Shown here: positions 53,128 to 64,000 of the stretch, piece by piece
Layout of the letters: each line of letters starts with the position of its first letter
How positions within the stretch are numbered: the stretch's first letter is position 1
Source: Gnetum montanum
Lineage: Eukaryota; Plantae; Gnetophyta
Direction: 5' to 3'
Length of the DNA stretch: 64,000 nucleotides
Assembly: GCA_015680685.1 (NCBI GenBank)
Contig: MNCI01002312.1
Location: forward strand, 226,655-290,654
Program-made: the position numbers and the translations under genes
Notes under the pieces: model-generated
What the model was told of the DNA's origin: nothing
Seen by the model: the letters and a program-made list of their open reading frames with translations, nothing else
The model's database searches: none

Positions 53128-55351
53128 TGTGACATCTAAAAAAAATCGGTGGTTGGAACACTAAGAGGTTATCAAGCATACAGCCTAATCCTGGATCCAT
53201 GCGAGGGTCATGCTAGAGAAAATGGAAATGAGGTGCCCTAAATGGTCTGTTCAATTAGTCAGGGACTTACATGGTGTACAATAACCATATGCAAACAGTA
53301 ATTTTAAAATGCAAGACACTCAAATTGAAATGGAAGAAAACGTGGGGTGCACGATAATAGAAATGCATCAAAGCATGTAACTAGGACAATAAGCATGAAT
53401 AAGTACACATGAATGCAACATATATGCTATAGAAAAAATGGAATGAGATTTTAGGTGAGGGATTGCACCACCCAAAAATTGGGGGATCTGATCTTTGTTT
53501 GGCTAATGAATATGTACAACTGGTATGCAGTACTAGACAAGCACAGCTAACAATGGAATAATATGATCATAACTCCTGGACTGCTGCCTATGGGATGCTA
53601 ATAGAAACCAATGAGCTGATGCTTGCTGAGCTGAGAGGCACTATGCTGGGTTGAGGAGAGATCTGGGAAGTGCTACTACTAGGATTTTCTATTTATCAAC
53701 CTTCTATTTGCCAATCTCTTTGTCAAAGCTTACTGCAAGAAGCCAACAGCCAAAAGCCAACTTCCAAAAGAAAACCTTTTAAACATTATTTTCTAGGGTA
53801 TTTATAGATCCAAGAGTGGGAGGAATATGTGGTTGGATGCCACATTTCCTGGGTCTGATAGGGCACAAACGTGGATGTGCTACACTGGTGTGTGATGCTA
53901 TGCTAATGTGCTATGCTGAATGGAACGAGGCTGGAAGTGAGACCTACTAAGCTATGACCTTATCATTCAGATTGCATGTACCCAAGGGACTACCATATTT
54001 TTACAAAAAATTCTTATGACAAATGTAAAGTGAAGCTTATGCTTCGGGACTACATCTTCCCCTCTCTTATGAGTAGCCTCAAGTGTAGAGCCAATTTTGG
54101 GACTTCACAATGGATGCAACAAGCACAGAAAAATGTTGATATCGACTATTAAGGAGATGTTGGGGTAGAATTGACCATGGATGAAGAGTCCTGAAGAGTC
54201 CAAAGATGTCTTGTAGCTTCTTTTCAAGTGTTACACTACTTACGTTGTTCAACATAGCGTAGTAGCATGAAGACCTGCTCGCTACACTATGCTACACTAC
54301 ACAGCATAGTAGCCACCTTTAAGATAAGTTTTGCTCAAAAAATGAAAATAACCCTCTGAGGCTTAGCAAGGCAAGCTATTTCAATAACCAACCATTACAC
54401 TTTTCATGTTAAAGAAGCCTGAGACTTCCTGGTTTCATCCCTGGGACATCTTTTATTTTGTAGGTCCTTGCTACACTGTGCTATGCTATGCAGCGTAGTA
54501 GCAAGTCTGAGATGAATTTGAACTACAACCTGCAATGTTTTCTTAGGAGACTTTGATTAGGACCTAAGGGTGAAGTGGGACAGGTAGTCTTGGAGGTTGA
54601 AGCATGGCCAAGTGTAATTCTTTTGCTAGAACAACTTGAGAAAAGACTTTCTTAGTGCTAGCATTTTGCTACGCTGTACGTTGTGTAGCGTAGCACAGTG
54701 TAGCACCTAGATTGGGGAATCTTTTGCAAAATTTTCCTATGTCACATCGATCACACTTCAAGGGTATAGCAAGGTAAGCATCCTTGAAGATTGAAGAATG
54801 GTCAAGTGCATTTTCTCTATCAATACAATTTCAAGGAAGATTGTGTTATGGTTAGCACCTTGCTACATTGTGCAGCATAGCACAACATAGCGCCCAAAAT
54901 GGGATGAATTTTGTGAAATTTTCCATATTTTTTCCATGCTACAGTAATCATATTCCAAGGATGAAGTAGGGTAGGCATCCTTGGATACTGAATATCTGCC
55001 AACTGCATCTTTTGTGTTTTATCTAACACTTACAAAATTTTTTATTATCACATGGCCTACTACGTTGTGCAGCGTAGCATAGTGTCACAAGCCTCACAAT
55101 TAGAAAATTTGCTAAACTATTTAGTCCATCCTCAGTGACTCCCTTTTTGCAAACTAGCCTCATGACTGGGTGCTGCGTTGATTGTAATATAGAGGGTGGC
55201 AAGCAGGCCCAAAAGTGGGTTCATAGGCATCAGGACTTCCAGTGTGCCATGTTTTCTACATGGTCCAATGTGACACCGTGCTTGTAGAGATACTTGGTTA
55301 AATTTCAAAAATGTGCTAAATCATGAGAGTCCAAAAATATATGGTATTTCA
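53128..55351 (-). repeat. 3' LTR of element D (~2.2 kb)
   Basis: On the minus strand it starts TGAAATACC after the PPT and ends ...TTTTAGATGTCACA. The terminal 130 bp resemble the A/B LTR ends. TATAAAT on the minus strand near 53800. Confidence 0.8.
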
Positions 55352-56039
55352 ATGCCTCCTCTTTATTTACATTTGGAGGATCTTCCCGAGAGATGTTAAC
55401 AATGAAAACAAAACATTATGCTAAATGCAACACTCACATTGTTTGTTAGTTCCTACTTAGATAATGCTTTGCTATGCTTGGGAGTGCTAGGAAAGCTAAG
55501 TATGATAGAGAAAGGGAATGGGTTTGAGGAAATTGGACTAGGAAAAAGGAAAGATGTAGGATGTGTTATCATGAGAGCCATTGTCATAGTGTGATCCCTC
55601 GTCAGAATGATTATGAGGGATTTGGCACACATGAGTAGCTTCTCCATTTGGATTTCAACCTCCCATCAGAGTGCTTAGAGGTGGTCGATCCAAGGCTGAG
55701 ATGATTGCAAAGAAACTATGCTATTTGCTTTGGGAACTTGGCTATATCGCCATTTTTCATTCATTTCTTTAGGGGAAATCATACACCCATGTTCATTCGA
55801 GGGAAACTGTGTCATCACTATAGAACAGGTGTTCCCTCCCTGGGATGAGTTTGTGTTACATCCATGTGGGGCTTTGACTAGTCTATAGAGGCTTCCCATA
55901 GGACAAGCTGCATTACGTCTATCATGGGCTTGGAAGTTAAGCATGGGAAAGGGTTTCACATGCATTGGAAAATCTTGGGAGGAAGATGTCAGAAATTGTA
56001 AGTATATGGAATGGAGATTAAGTTGGCTGAAGGGAGAAT

Positions 56040-56720
56040 AGGATATGCACTCTCAAGTACCTAGGCTAATCGAAGCAAGTACTTTAGAATAATGTAGTGT
56101 CTTGTTCTCATGGTGGAACAAATTCATGAATGATGCCATCTTGGCTTTTATCCTACAAAAAAAACAAAGAGAAAACTAGAAAAAACAGCCATCAAGGGTA
56201 GTAAGGGCAAAGTCCTATTTTCTTGGGACACTACTAGGGTGGCAAGTGTTATGTCTTACACATGCAATGTTCAAAGTAGGAAGGCCAATGCAGGCTTCGA
56301 CAGCGGTAGGCCAGAAAGCTTCAACAACCCTACCGAAAATAAGCATTAAAGAGGCTAGGAGCAGTGATGATGTAGGTGCTCAGGAATCCCCACCAAAAGC
56401 AAGAATCATGAAATCCAACTGCAAGGTGAGAAGCCTAACAGTTGAATGCTTTTTTAGACTCTAGCAATGGTGAGGACTAGAGGATGCCAACATTATGGTT
56501 ACGCCACAATTCTTTTGGGACTCCAGCAGGGAGTTCTGACAATGGGAGCTATGACCAAACTGATTGGCAATGATGGAAATAGCTCTAGAAGGTCAACAAG
56601 ATGTCATATGGCATCTCTAGAAGATCAGCAAGATACCATGGATAACAACACTGCATATGTCCCAAAGGGATTTTCCTTGGTGGCGTGAACTTCATTCTAG
56701 AACTACCACATCCCACCCCA
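56040..56720 (+). pseudogene. Second antisense ORF of element D
   Basis: GLEDANIMVTPQFFWDSS...EGQQDVIWHL*KIS...LHMSQRDFP, homologous to A 31370-31960. Confidence 0.65.
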
Positions 56721-56805
56721 TCTTGCTTATGAAGGTTGAAGATATGCATGCTCACTTGTTCACAAGGTCACATATGTGAGCTAGGAGGTGTTGCACTGCG
56801 AACTC

Positions 56806-57195
56806 AATTTTAGGTCCCAATAGACCGTAAGATGTGCTAGTTTAAAGTCTTAGTAGACTATGGTCCTAGTTTAGGGTCTAGGCAAACCAAGCTATGCTAG
56901 TTTAAGGTCCCAATAGACGATTGTGCTAGTTTAAGATCCCAGCAGATCGCACTATGATAGTTTAAGGTCCTAGTAGACCATTTTCCTAGTTTAAGGTCTT
57001 GACAATCCATTGTGCTAGTTTAAGGTCATAGCAAATGGAGGATGGCCAGTTTAAGGTCATAGAGGACCATGTTGTGGGTACTAGTTTTATGTCATGGCCC
57101 AAACACGTGTTGTGTCATTTTAACATCATAGTAGATGTTCTATGCCAATTTTATGTCATAGCAGATGGTTTGTGCTAGTTTATGGTCATAGCAGA
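56806..57195 (-). repeat. Motif array 3 of element D (~13 copies, ~29-30 bp period)
   Basis: Repeated TGCTAGTTTAAGGTC on the + strand, i.e. GACCTTAAACTAGCA in element sense. Confidence 0.9.
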
Positions 57196-57237
57196 ATATC
57201 TACTTACCTTGCTTTATGTTTGGTGTAATCTTTCATG

Positions 57238-60200
57238 TTAGGCATAGTAGGGCTTCAAGTTCAAATGATTGATAGGATTTGGGAATTCGTTTCCATATGA
57301 GTTAGCAAGTTTGAATGCCCCATTCTCATATGATTTTGTTTCCAAAAAAAGGCCCTTCCTAGTTGGCTAAGAATTTTTTCATGGGCTCACAGAAAGCCTT
57401 GAGGACTAAGTCCTCCTTCTTGATCAGTCGTTGGTGCAAATTGTAGTGATGTTTCCACTGTTGCTTGTCTTGGTACCACTCGATGCTTTTAAGTGTTTGG
57501 ATGTGCTCCTTCTTCACAGAGTCAAGGTCAATGATCCTTGACTTGTTGCTTTGAGCCTCATCTATGATGTTCAAAAGGATCATTCAAAGTGATGGAACTT
57601 GCAATTCAAGAGGTAACACTACTTTAGATCTGTATACAAGACTATACAAGGTCTTACCTATAGCTGTCCTACATGTTGTGTGATAAGCCCAAAGCATGTA
57701 GAGGATTTGCTCATGCCATCACCTCTTGCTACTACTAAGAATCCTTTTCAAAATGTTGATAATGACTTTATTGGTAGCCTCTACTTGGCCATTTGCCTAG
57801 GGGTAATATGATGATGAGAAAGAACGTTTGATACCAAGACTTTCATAAAAGGCTTTGGTTTTTATGCTACTAAATTGGGGCTCGTTGTTGGTAACAATAG
57901 TCATGGGAAGGCCAAATCATATCACTATGTTATCCAAAAGGAACTTGAAAACTTGTTGGAATGTGGTCTTTTTGAGAGGAATGGCTTCTACCCACTTTGT
58001 AAAGTACTCAGTTGTAGTAATGATGAAACTATACCCTCTAGAAGACTTAGGTGTAATGGGTCCTATGATGTCTAGTCCGCAACATTGGAAAGGCCATGTG
58101 ATTTATGTGATATGTAATTCAGTAGGAGATAAATGTATAAGGTTCCCATATCATTGACATATATTGCATGTCCTTACCTTAGCAATGCAGTTGCATTCCA
58201 TGTAAGGCCAATAGTAGCCTAAACGTCTAATTTTTGCTACCATAGCCTTGGGAGCTATGTGCCCTCCACACAATCCCTCATGGACTTGATCAAAAAAATT
58301 TTGTGCTTCATCCCCATTAACGCAAACTAGAAATATCCCATCATAAGAGCATTTGCATAGAGTGTTTTCTCTTATGACGACATGTTATCATGCTTGCTTT
58401 TCTGTTGCATCCCTTTGGGCAAGTGTCAGGTTGTGTGGGGGTTCATCATGTTGGAGATATGTTTTAATGTCATCATACCTTTCTTGAGTATGTACTTCAC
58501 TTACAGATGCTATATTTTCCATGTGAATGATGGGGTCGGTGCATTTCACTATCGTAGTAGGTAAGGTGGCAAACATGTGTAGCAGTACACTCAGGGCCAA
58601 CATTGCTAATGCATCGGCTATAGTATTTTCATTACAGGGTACGTATTGAACATCCAAGGTTGCAAATTTCTTTAGCACATATTTGGCTAAATCATAGTAA
58701 GGTTGTAAATGTTATGCCTTGCATGTGAATACCTCTTCAACATGATTAATGACTAATTGCAAGTCATCTCAAATTGCTAACTTTTAGATTCCTAACTCTC
58801 GAGCTACTAGAATGCCCCTAAGGAGACCTTCATATTCTACTACATTGTTGATGCAAAGAAATGTGAAATGATATGCAAAAGGTTGGATCTCTTGAGAGGG
58901 AAATGTGAAAAGCGGTGGCACTACCACCTTGTGCAGTTGAGGCATCATAAAAATGTATGATGGCTTCAAAGTCTGCAAGTACTAGGCGTATGCTACTAAC
59001 CTGCTCATCTCAAAATTCAAGCTCTATCACTCCTTGATCATTGGTATGCGGAGCCATAAGCTGTGTAGCTATTTCTTGACCCTTTATAGATGACTATGCT
59101 ACCTAGTGTAGGTTGAATTCCATGATTATGGCTTTCCATTGAGCTATGCTACTTTTGTATATATTGGTTGTAATAGCCCAAAGTATGTTATTCTTGCAAA
59201 TAATGTTTACTTGGCTATCAAACAAGTAATGCCTCCACTTTTTAAGTTCGAACACTAAAGTAAGAAAATTTTTCTCTACTTTCTGGTATTTTTCTTCATA
59301 GGCTACCAACGCATGACTCAAGTAGTAGATAGGGATTTCGGAACCATCATTCCTCTTTTGGCAGAGCAGAGCAGCAATAGACTAGTCTGAAGATAAATGT
59401 AAAAAGTTTTGTCTCTCTATGGAGGGTAAATAGTGGGAAGATGGACAAGCCCTTTTTGTAAGCTATCAAAAGCCTCTTGACATTGATTTGTCCATTCAAA
59501 GTTAAATCCCTTTTTTAGCAAGTGTTTCACTAGATGCAACTTATCTATTAACCTTGCGATAAATCTTCTTATGAATTGTACCCTACCTTGTAGCCTACAT
59601 AACTCCTTAAGGTTTGTAGGTGGTGCCAAGTTAACAATGGCTTTAACTTTATCAAGCTCTACATGTATCCCTATTTTTGACACTAAAAAACCTAACATGT
59701 GTCCACTTTTGACTCTGAAAATACATTTTCCAGGGTTGAGGTGAAGTTCATGCCTACGAAAACATTGAAGGACCAAGTTTAGGTTTTTTTCATGATCAAT
59801 AGCTTTCTTAGATTTAATGGCTATATCATCCATGTAATCATTTATCTTCTCTAAATGATAGTCACTAAAGATGTAAGTCATCACCTGCTGATATGTCGTT
59901 CCTACATTCTTTAGCTTGAAGGACATCATCATGTAACAAAATGTTTCCTAAGGGATCATGAAGGTGGTGGCTAGTTGATGTTCTAGGTTTATGTGAATTT
60001 GATTGTAGCCTGAGAATCCATCCATGAATGATAGTAAGGCATGGCCTACCGTGGTATCGATCAGTTGGTCGATGCTAGGCAATGGAAAATCGTCCTTAAT
60101 CGTTGCCTTGTTCAAATCCCATAAGTCTATATAAATTTGTATACCCCCAATTTTCTTGAAAATGACTATGATGTTTAATACCCACTCCAAATAATTGAAT

Positions 60201-60688
60201 GCCCAAATGAACCCATCCAAGTAAAGTTTTTCCCATGTACAGGTAAGGTGATTTCTAGTTTAATCTTGCAGGTTTTTTTTTTACCACCTTTACACATGAA
60301 CCTAGTATGATATTATGTTGTATGATGCATGGGTCTAAGCCTAGCATATCTTCATACAATCATTCAAATACTTTAGCATTAATTGAGGACCTTAAAGATG
60401 TTTTTTTGAACCTGACTCTAGAAAAGAGCTAACCTTTAATGTTCTTGCCTCTCTTTTGGATGTAGTCATGGGGATTTCGATAAGGGGGTCCTCAGTTACA
60501 TCACTGACTTCTAGATCTAAGGCACAGATTAGATGTTTGAGGTAATCTAAGGGTGTTTCTAAGGATGCTATGTAGTTGTCATAGGAGGGTGGTTTGAAGT
60601 CTACCAACTCTACATTCAAGGATCTCATAAACCAGTTGTGGGGTCCTGTCAGAGTTAAGGGAAAATAGAGATCATCATGCACGGTCAT
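57238..60688 (-). pseudogene. pol: Decayed pol of element D (RT-RH-aRH-INT)
   Basis: DLNKATIKDDFPLPSIDQL, MDGFSGYNQI, YMDDI, LNPGKC, NNVVEYEGLLRG, ENTIADALA, EYFTKWVEA, ending LKPYYA*. Confidence 0.95.
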
Positions 60689-60802
60689 TTTTTAAGCACT
60701 CCTACAATAATAAGCCAAAAAAAAAAGTCAAGTGATACCTGCTTAACAAAGCAACATGCAATGAAATATATGTAAGGCAATGATGCAATGTTAAAAAATT
60801 TC

Positions 60803-61045
60803 CAGTTTAAGGTCTTAGCGGACCACCACCATGCAAAGTTATATGTCAAAATTACTAGTTTAAGGTCGTAGCGGATCATCACTATGACTAGAAAATAGAG
60901 GGAATTCTAAAATTGCTAGTTTAAGGTCATAGCGGACTACAATCATGCAACATTATATGCCAAAATTTACTAGTTTAAGGTCATAGTGGATCGTAACTAT
61001 GCAATGTTGTAAGTCAAAATTGCCAATTTAAGGTTGTAGCAGACC
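60803..61045 (-). repeat. Motif array 2 of element D (5 copies) upstream of pol
   Basis: In element sense: GGTC-CGCTAA-GACC-TTAAAC-TGG, AGTC-CGCTAT-GACC-TTAAAC-TAGCA and GATC-CACTAT-GACC-TTAAAC-TAGTA. Confidence 0.88.
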
Positions 61046-61268
61046 GTAGCTGTGTAACATTACAAAAATGAGGTGAAAATTTTGGCATATTTGCATGCTA
61101 TGCTACAACTGTGTGCTACACTGCAACTATGTGCTATGCTACAAGGGACAAGGGCATTCCACATTATGCGTGGGATGTGGGACATTCCATGTTAGGTGTG
61201 GGATGTCCCGTGTTAGGTGTGGGACATGGAACATCCCAAAAATTAACAAGTGTTGTAACCTTGTAAGC

Positions 61269-64000
61269 TATAAATAGGGGATTACCCATGGTAATCTTGT
61301 CATTTTCATTATCAGAGCTAACAACCATAGCATAGTGCGATTCAAACAGAGAGGCAATGTAGCGATCGATACATCCAAGTTTGTCAACATGACGATGGTG
61401 CATAGGAGTGAACGTAGGCATCAAGGTATCACAAAGGTGGACGAAGGAGAATGCACCTTGCAATGTCTCCCCAGGGTATGCATTGAGGAATCACAAGAAG
61501 CGCCATCTACACTGTAAGTTGCTACACTACCCTTTCTTACATTGTGCGATCTATTAAATGGGGCTGTTACTATAATCACCATGCCCTAGTGGATACAGTC
61601 GTTACCATCGCTACAATATGACTTTTGTCAGTATGGCCTTAGTTGCCACTGCAGCTACTACACTATGGTTATTGCATGTCATTTCCATGGCTACCATTGT
61701 TGTGGGTGGGACAATGTATTATTTTGAGGGTTTAGAAGGTTCTGTGCGGCATAGCATACATTTTGGATAGCGTAGCACCCATGGAGGGAGTTCTAGTTTG
61801 CAAGGTTTCTAGGCAGCATAACACATGTTCTGGGTAGTGTAGCGCATGTAAAGGGGGTTTCAGATTATATTTTATTTTGTTACATTGTGTGCAGTGGAAC
61901 AGGGCTGGGGCTATGGAAACGCTATGTGTTCCTTTTCAGGCCATGTTACTTTTTTCAGTGTGATTGATAGGCTATGTTGCATTTTCAGTGCCTATTATGC
62001 TATGCTGTCATGCTGTTATGCCATCATACTTACTACACTACTAGACTTGCTACATTGTCATCGTGTTACTTTTGTCAACGTGACTAAAATACTATGTTGT
62101 GTTTTTTGTGCCTATTATGCTACGCTGTCATGATGCTATGCCATCATACTTGCTATGCTACTATACATGCTACATTGTCATCATGTTACTTTTGTCAGCA
62201 TGACTCACAGGCTGTGTTGTGTTTTCAATGCTTGTTACGCTACGCTATCACACTACTACACTACCATACTTGCTACGCTACTATTCTTTCTATGTTGTCA
62301 TACATGCTACGCTGTTATACCTATTACGCTACTATGCCTGTCACACTACATGAGGTGTACCCATTACATTGCTACATTGCATGTCACATGGCCGCTACGC
62401 TGCATGGGATGTACTCGCTACGCTGTGTCATGCGCTACGCTGCTACGCTACGTGTAACATGGCTACTATGCTATATAGTAACTATCACTTGAACACTATG
62501 AACTAATGCTTTGTGCTACACCATGCAAGGTCATGTTAAAATTATATTGATCGTGATTGAGCTGGTTGGGATTCTATGCTACCTAAGTGCCCTTGTGGCC
62601 AACATCCCTCCCTCCCCACACATGAGTAAGGGACTAGGAAATTCGGTTTCAAGAAGGTGCGTGGAAATTCCTAGAGTTCCTCCTTCGTCACTTCAGTGTG
62701 ATGGTATGGTAACACTTGTCAGCTAAGACCACTGATGTTCTGGGTGAAACGCTATTGCCTAGTGCAAACCATGGCATCTTATAGTTTATGGCTAATGGAT
62801 CTATTAAAGGAGAAGGGGTCGAGAGCTCAAATCGACACCTAAAAGGTTTGAGATGCTTGTCTTGGGTTTGGGCTATGCTTGAAATTAAGTGTTACCATAA
62901 GTAAAACACCTTGTTTGTCACTCGTCACATGGACACTTTATTCCAGAATCCACCTAGGACCATCTACTATGTCATTGGGTGAGTCCTACGAAGATACTTA
63001 GGTATGGTACATCATTTTTCTTGCATAGTTGAAATGCTTATTATGCTCTGTGTGTTGCTAGATTTATCATTGACAAAGATGGTCTCCACAATCAAGAGGG
63101 GGCATTGGCATTGGCCCAAATAGCCTTACAAGAGTTCTCTTCTATCGAGAACATGCGCACCAGTGTCATAGAATAGCTTGGGGCTGATTTAAAAATCTAT
63201 CCAACCAAGTATGCCAAGTTCTATCTGAAATGCGAAGAACTTAGAGGGTTAGATGGTGAATGGGCATTCTGCCAAATACCTACCATGGAAGAAGTTTTTG
63301 TGGAAATCCCATGTGAGATTATGAAATTTTTTTCATGTGTTCAAGTGATTGATTTTTTTTCGCCTTTTGTTAATTTTTTTATTGATTATTGTGATAATGG
63401 CCGAGTCCAAAGAGGTTACGGTAATCATGTCCAAACGTGAAGAAACTAATCTCTTATTTAAATACAGTGAAGTGGACGAGACATGAAGTTGGTTATGTAA
63501 TGTGGCCCTAGTCACCCTTGTTCAGAATTTCCAAGAGGCTGGGCTCATGGACCTATTCTTAGTAATAAATCCAAGCATTCTGGTTGTAGAGATGCTCACC
63601 CTTGTTGATTCTTTTAAATAAATGACTAACCACTTTCACATGCAAGTGGATAATGTGTGGGTGGTGTTTGAGATCACCAATGGCCTTTTCATATATCTCT
63701 TCGGTGTCCCTTTTGATGGTCTACCCATAGGGGATAAGATTGGCAAAGATGTAAATCATCGAGGGGACATAGAAGAATGGTTGGGAAACAACAAAGATCA
63801 TAAGGGGATTTACATGCAAAAGGTCAAGTTAGAGGTAGCCCATAAGGTTTATCCTATCTTCCAGACTCACACTTTCTCCAAGTTACTCTCCCAAGGAAAA
63901 ATTCTTGCGGTAAAGAAAGCTTGGATTATGAGGGATGTCATGGAAGAAGGGACTCGCTATAATTGGGCCAGGTACCTTGTTGAGGGTTTGTGGGCAGAAA
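61269..64000 (+). pseudogene. 5' part of the antisense multi-exon gene of element D, with TATA box at 61269
   Basis: TATAAATAGGGG, first donor GTAAGT at ~61514, and exon peptides EIPRVPPSSLQCDGMVTL, GLDGEW, AGLMDLFL and MEEGTRYNWARYLVEGLWAE that match A and B. Confidence 0.8.
61942..62300 (+). repeat. 120-bp tandem repeat (3 copies) followed by a GCTAC-type microrepeat
   Basis: CRTGTTACTTTT... recurs at 61942, 62062 and 62182. Confidence 0.8.

Larger units (their letters stand above)
53128..64000 (-). mobile_element. Element D: Tat-clade LTR retrotransposon of the same architecture as A, minus strand, running off the window
   Basis: 3' LTR 53128-55351, PPT AAAGAGGAGG, pol, motif arrays and the antisense gene. 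It interrupts the Copia pol at its ...ITFNE motif. Confidence 0.9.

Noticed and set aside
56806-57195. Repeat-spacer arrays as a CRISPR array
   Set aside because: The context is a eukaryotic retroelement with no cas genes. The repeats are degenerate and the spacers are mostly only ~6-20 nt.
62094-62492. Cys/Tyr/His-rich ORFs as real proteins
   Set aside because: They are translations of GCTAC-type tandem repeats.

Overview
This is heavily decayed, CpG-depleted plant repeat DNA, probably from a large genome such as a gymnosperm (inference). It is almost entirely nested LTR retrotransposons, with no intact host gene. The dominant family is a Ty3/Gypsy Tat-clade element with RT-RH-aRH-INT order and a tRNA-Asn PBS, present as three readable copies. 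Element A (15942-33903, +) is full length and sits inside the 3' LTR of element B. Element B (~2461-35070, +) has gag-protease but no RT/RH/INT. Element D (53128 to >64000, -) is inserted in a Tnt1-like Copia pol. The window also has older Tat fragments (C, E), solo LTRs, a Copia fragment, a small CpG-richer island with an AN1-zinc-finger-like remnant, and a 652-N gap. The family has an unusual layout: gag-PR, motif array, an antisense multi-intron gene with its own TATA box, motif array, RT-RH-aRH-INT, motif array, a second antisense ORF, a conserved 3' hairpin block, then the PPT. The array units are ~23-nt sense-strand motifs with compensatory stem changes. They closely resemble the plant-virus XRN-blocking 'coremin'/Box-1 element. 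All alignments and identities were read by eye, and boundaries are approximate where stated.
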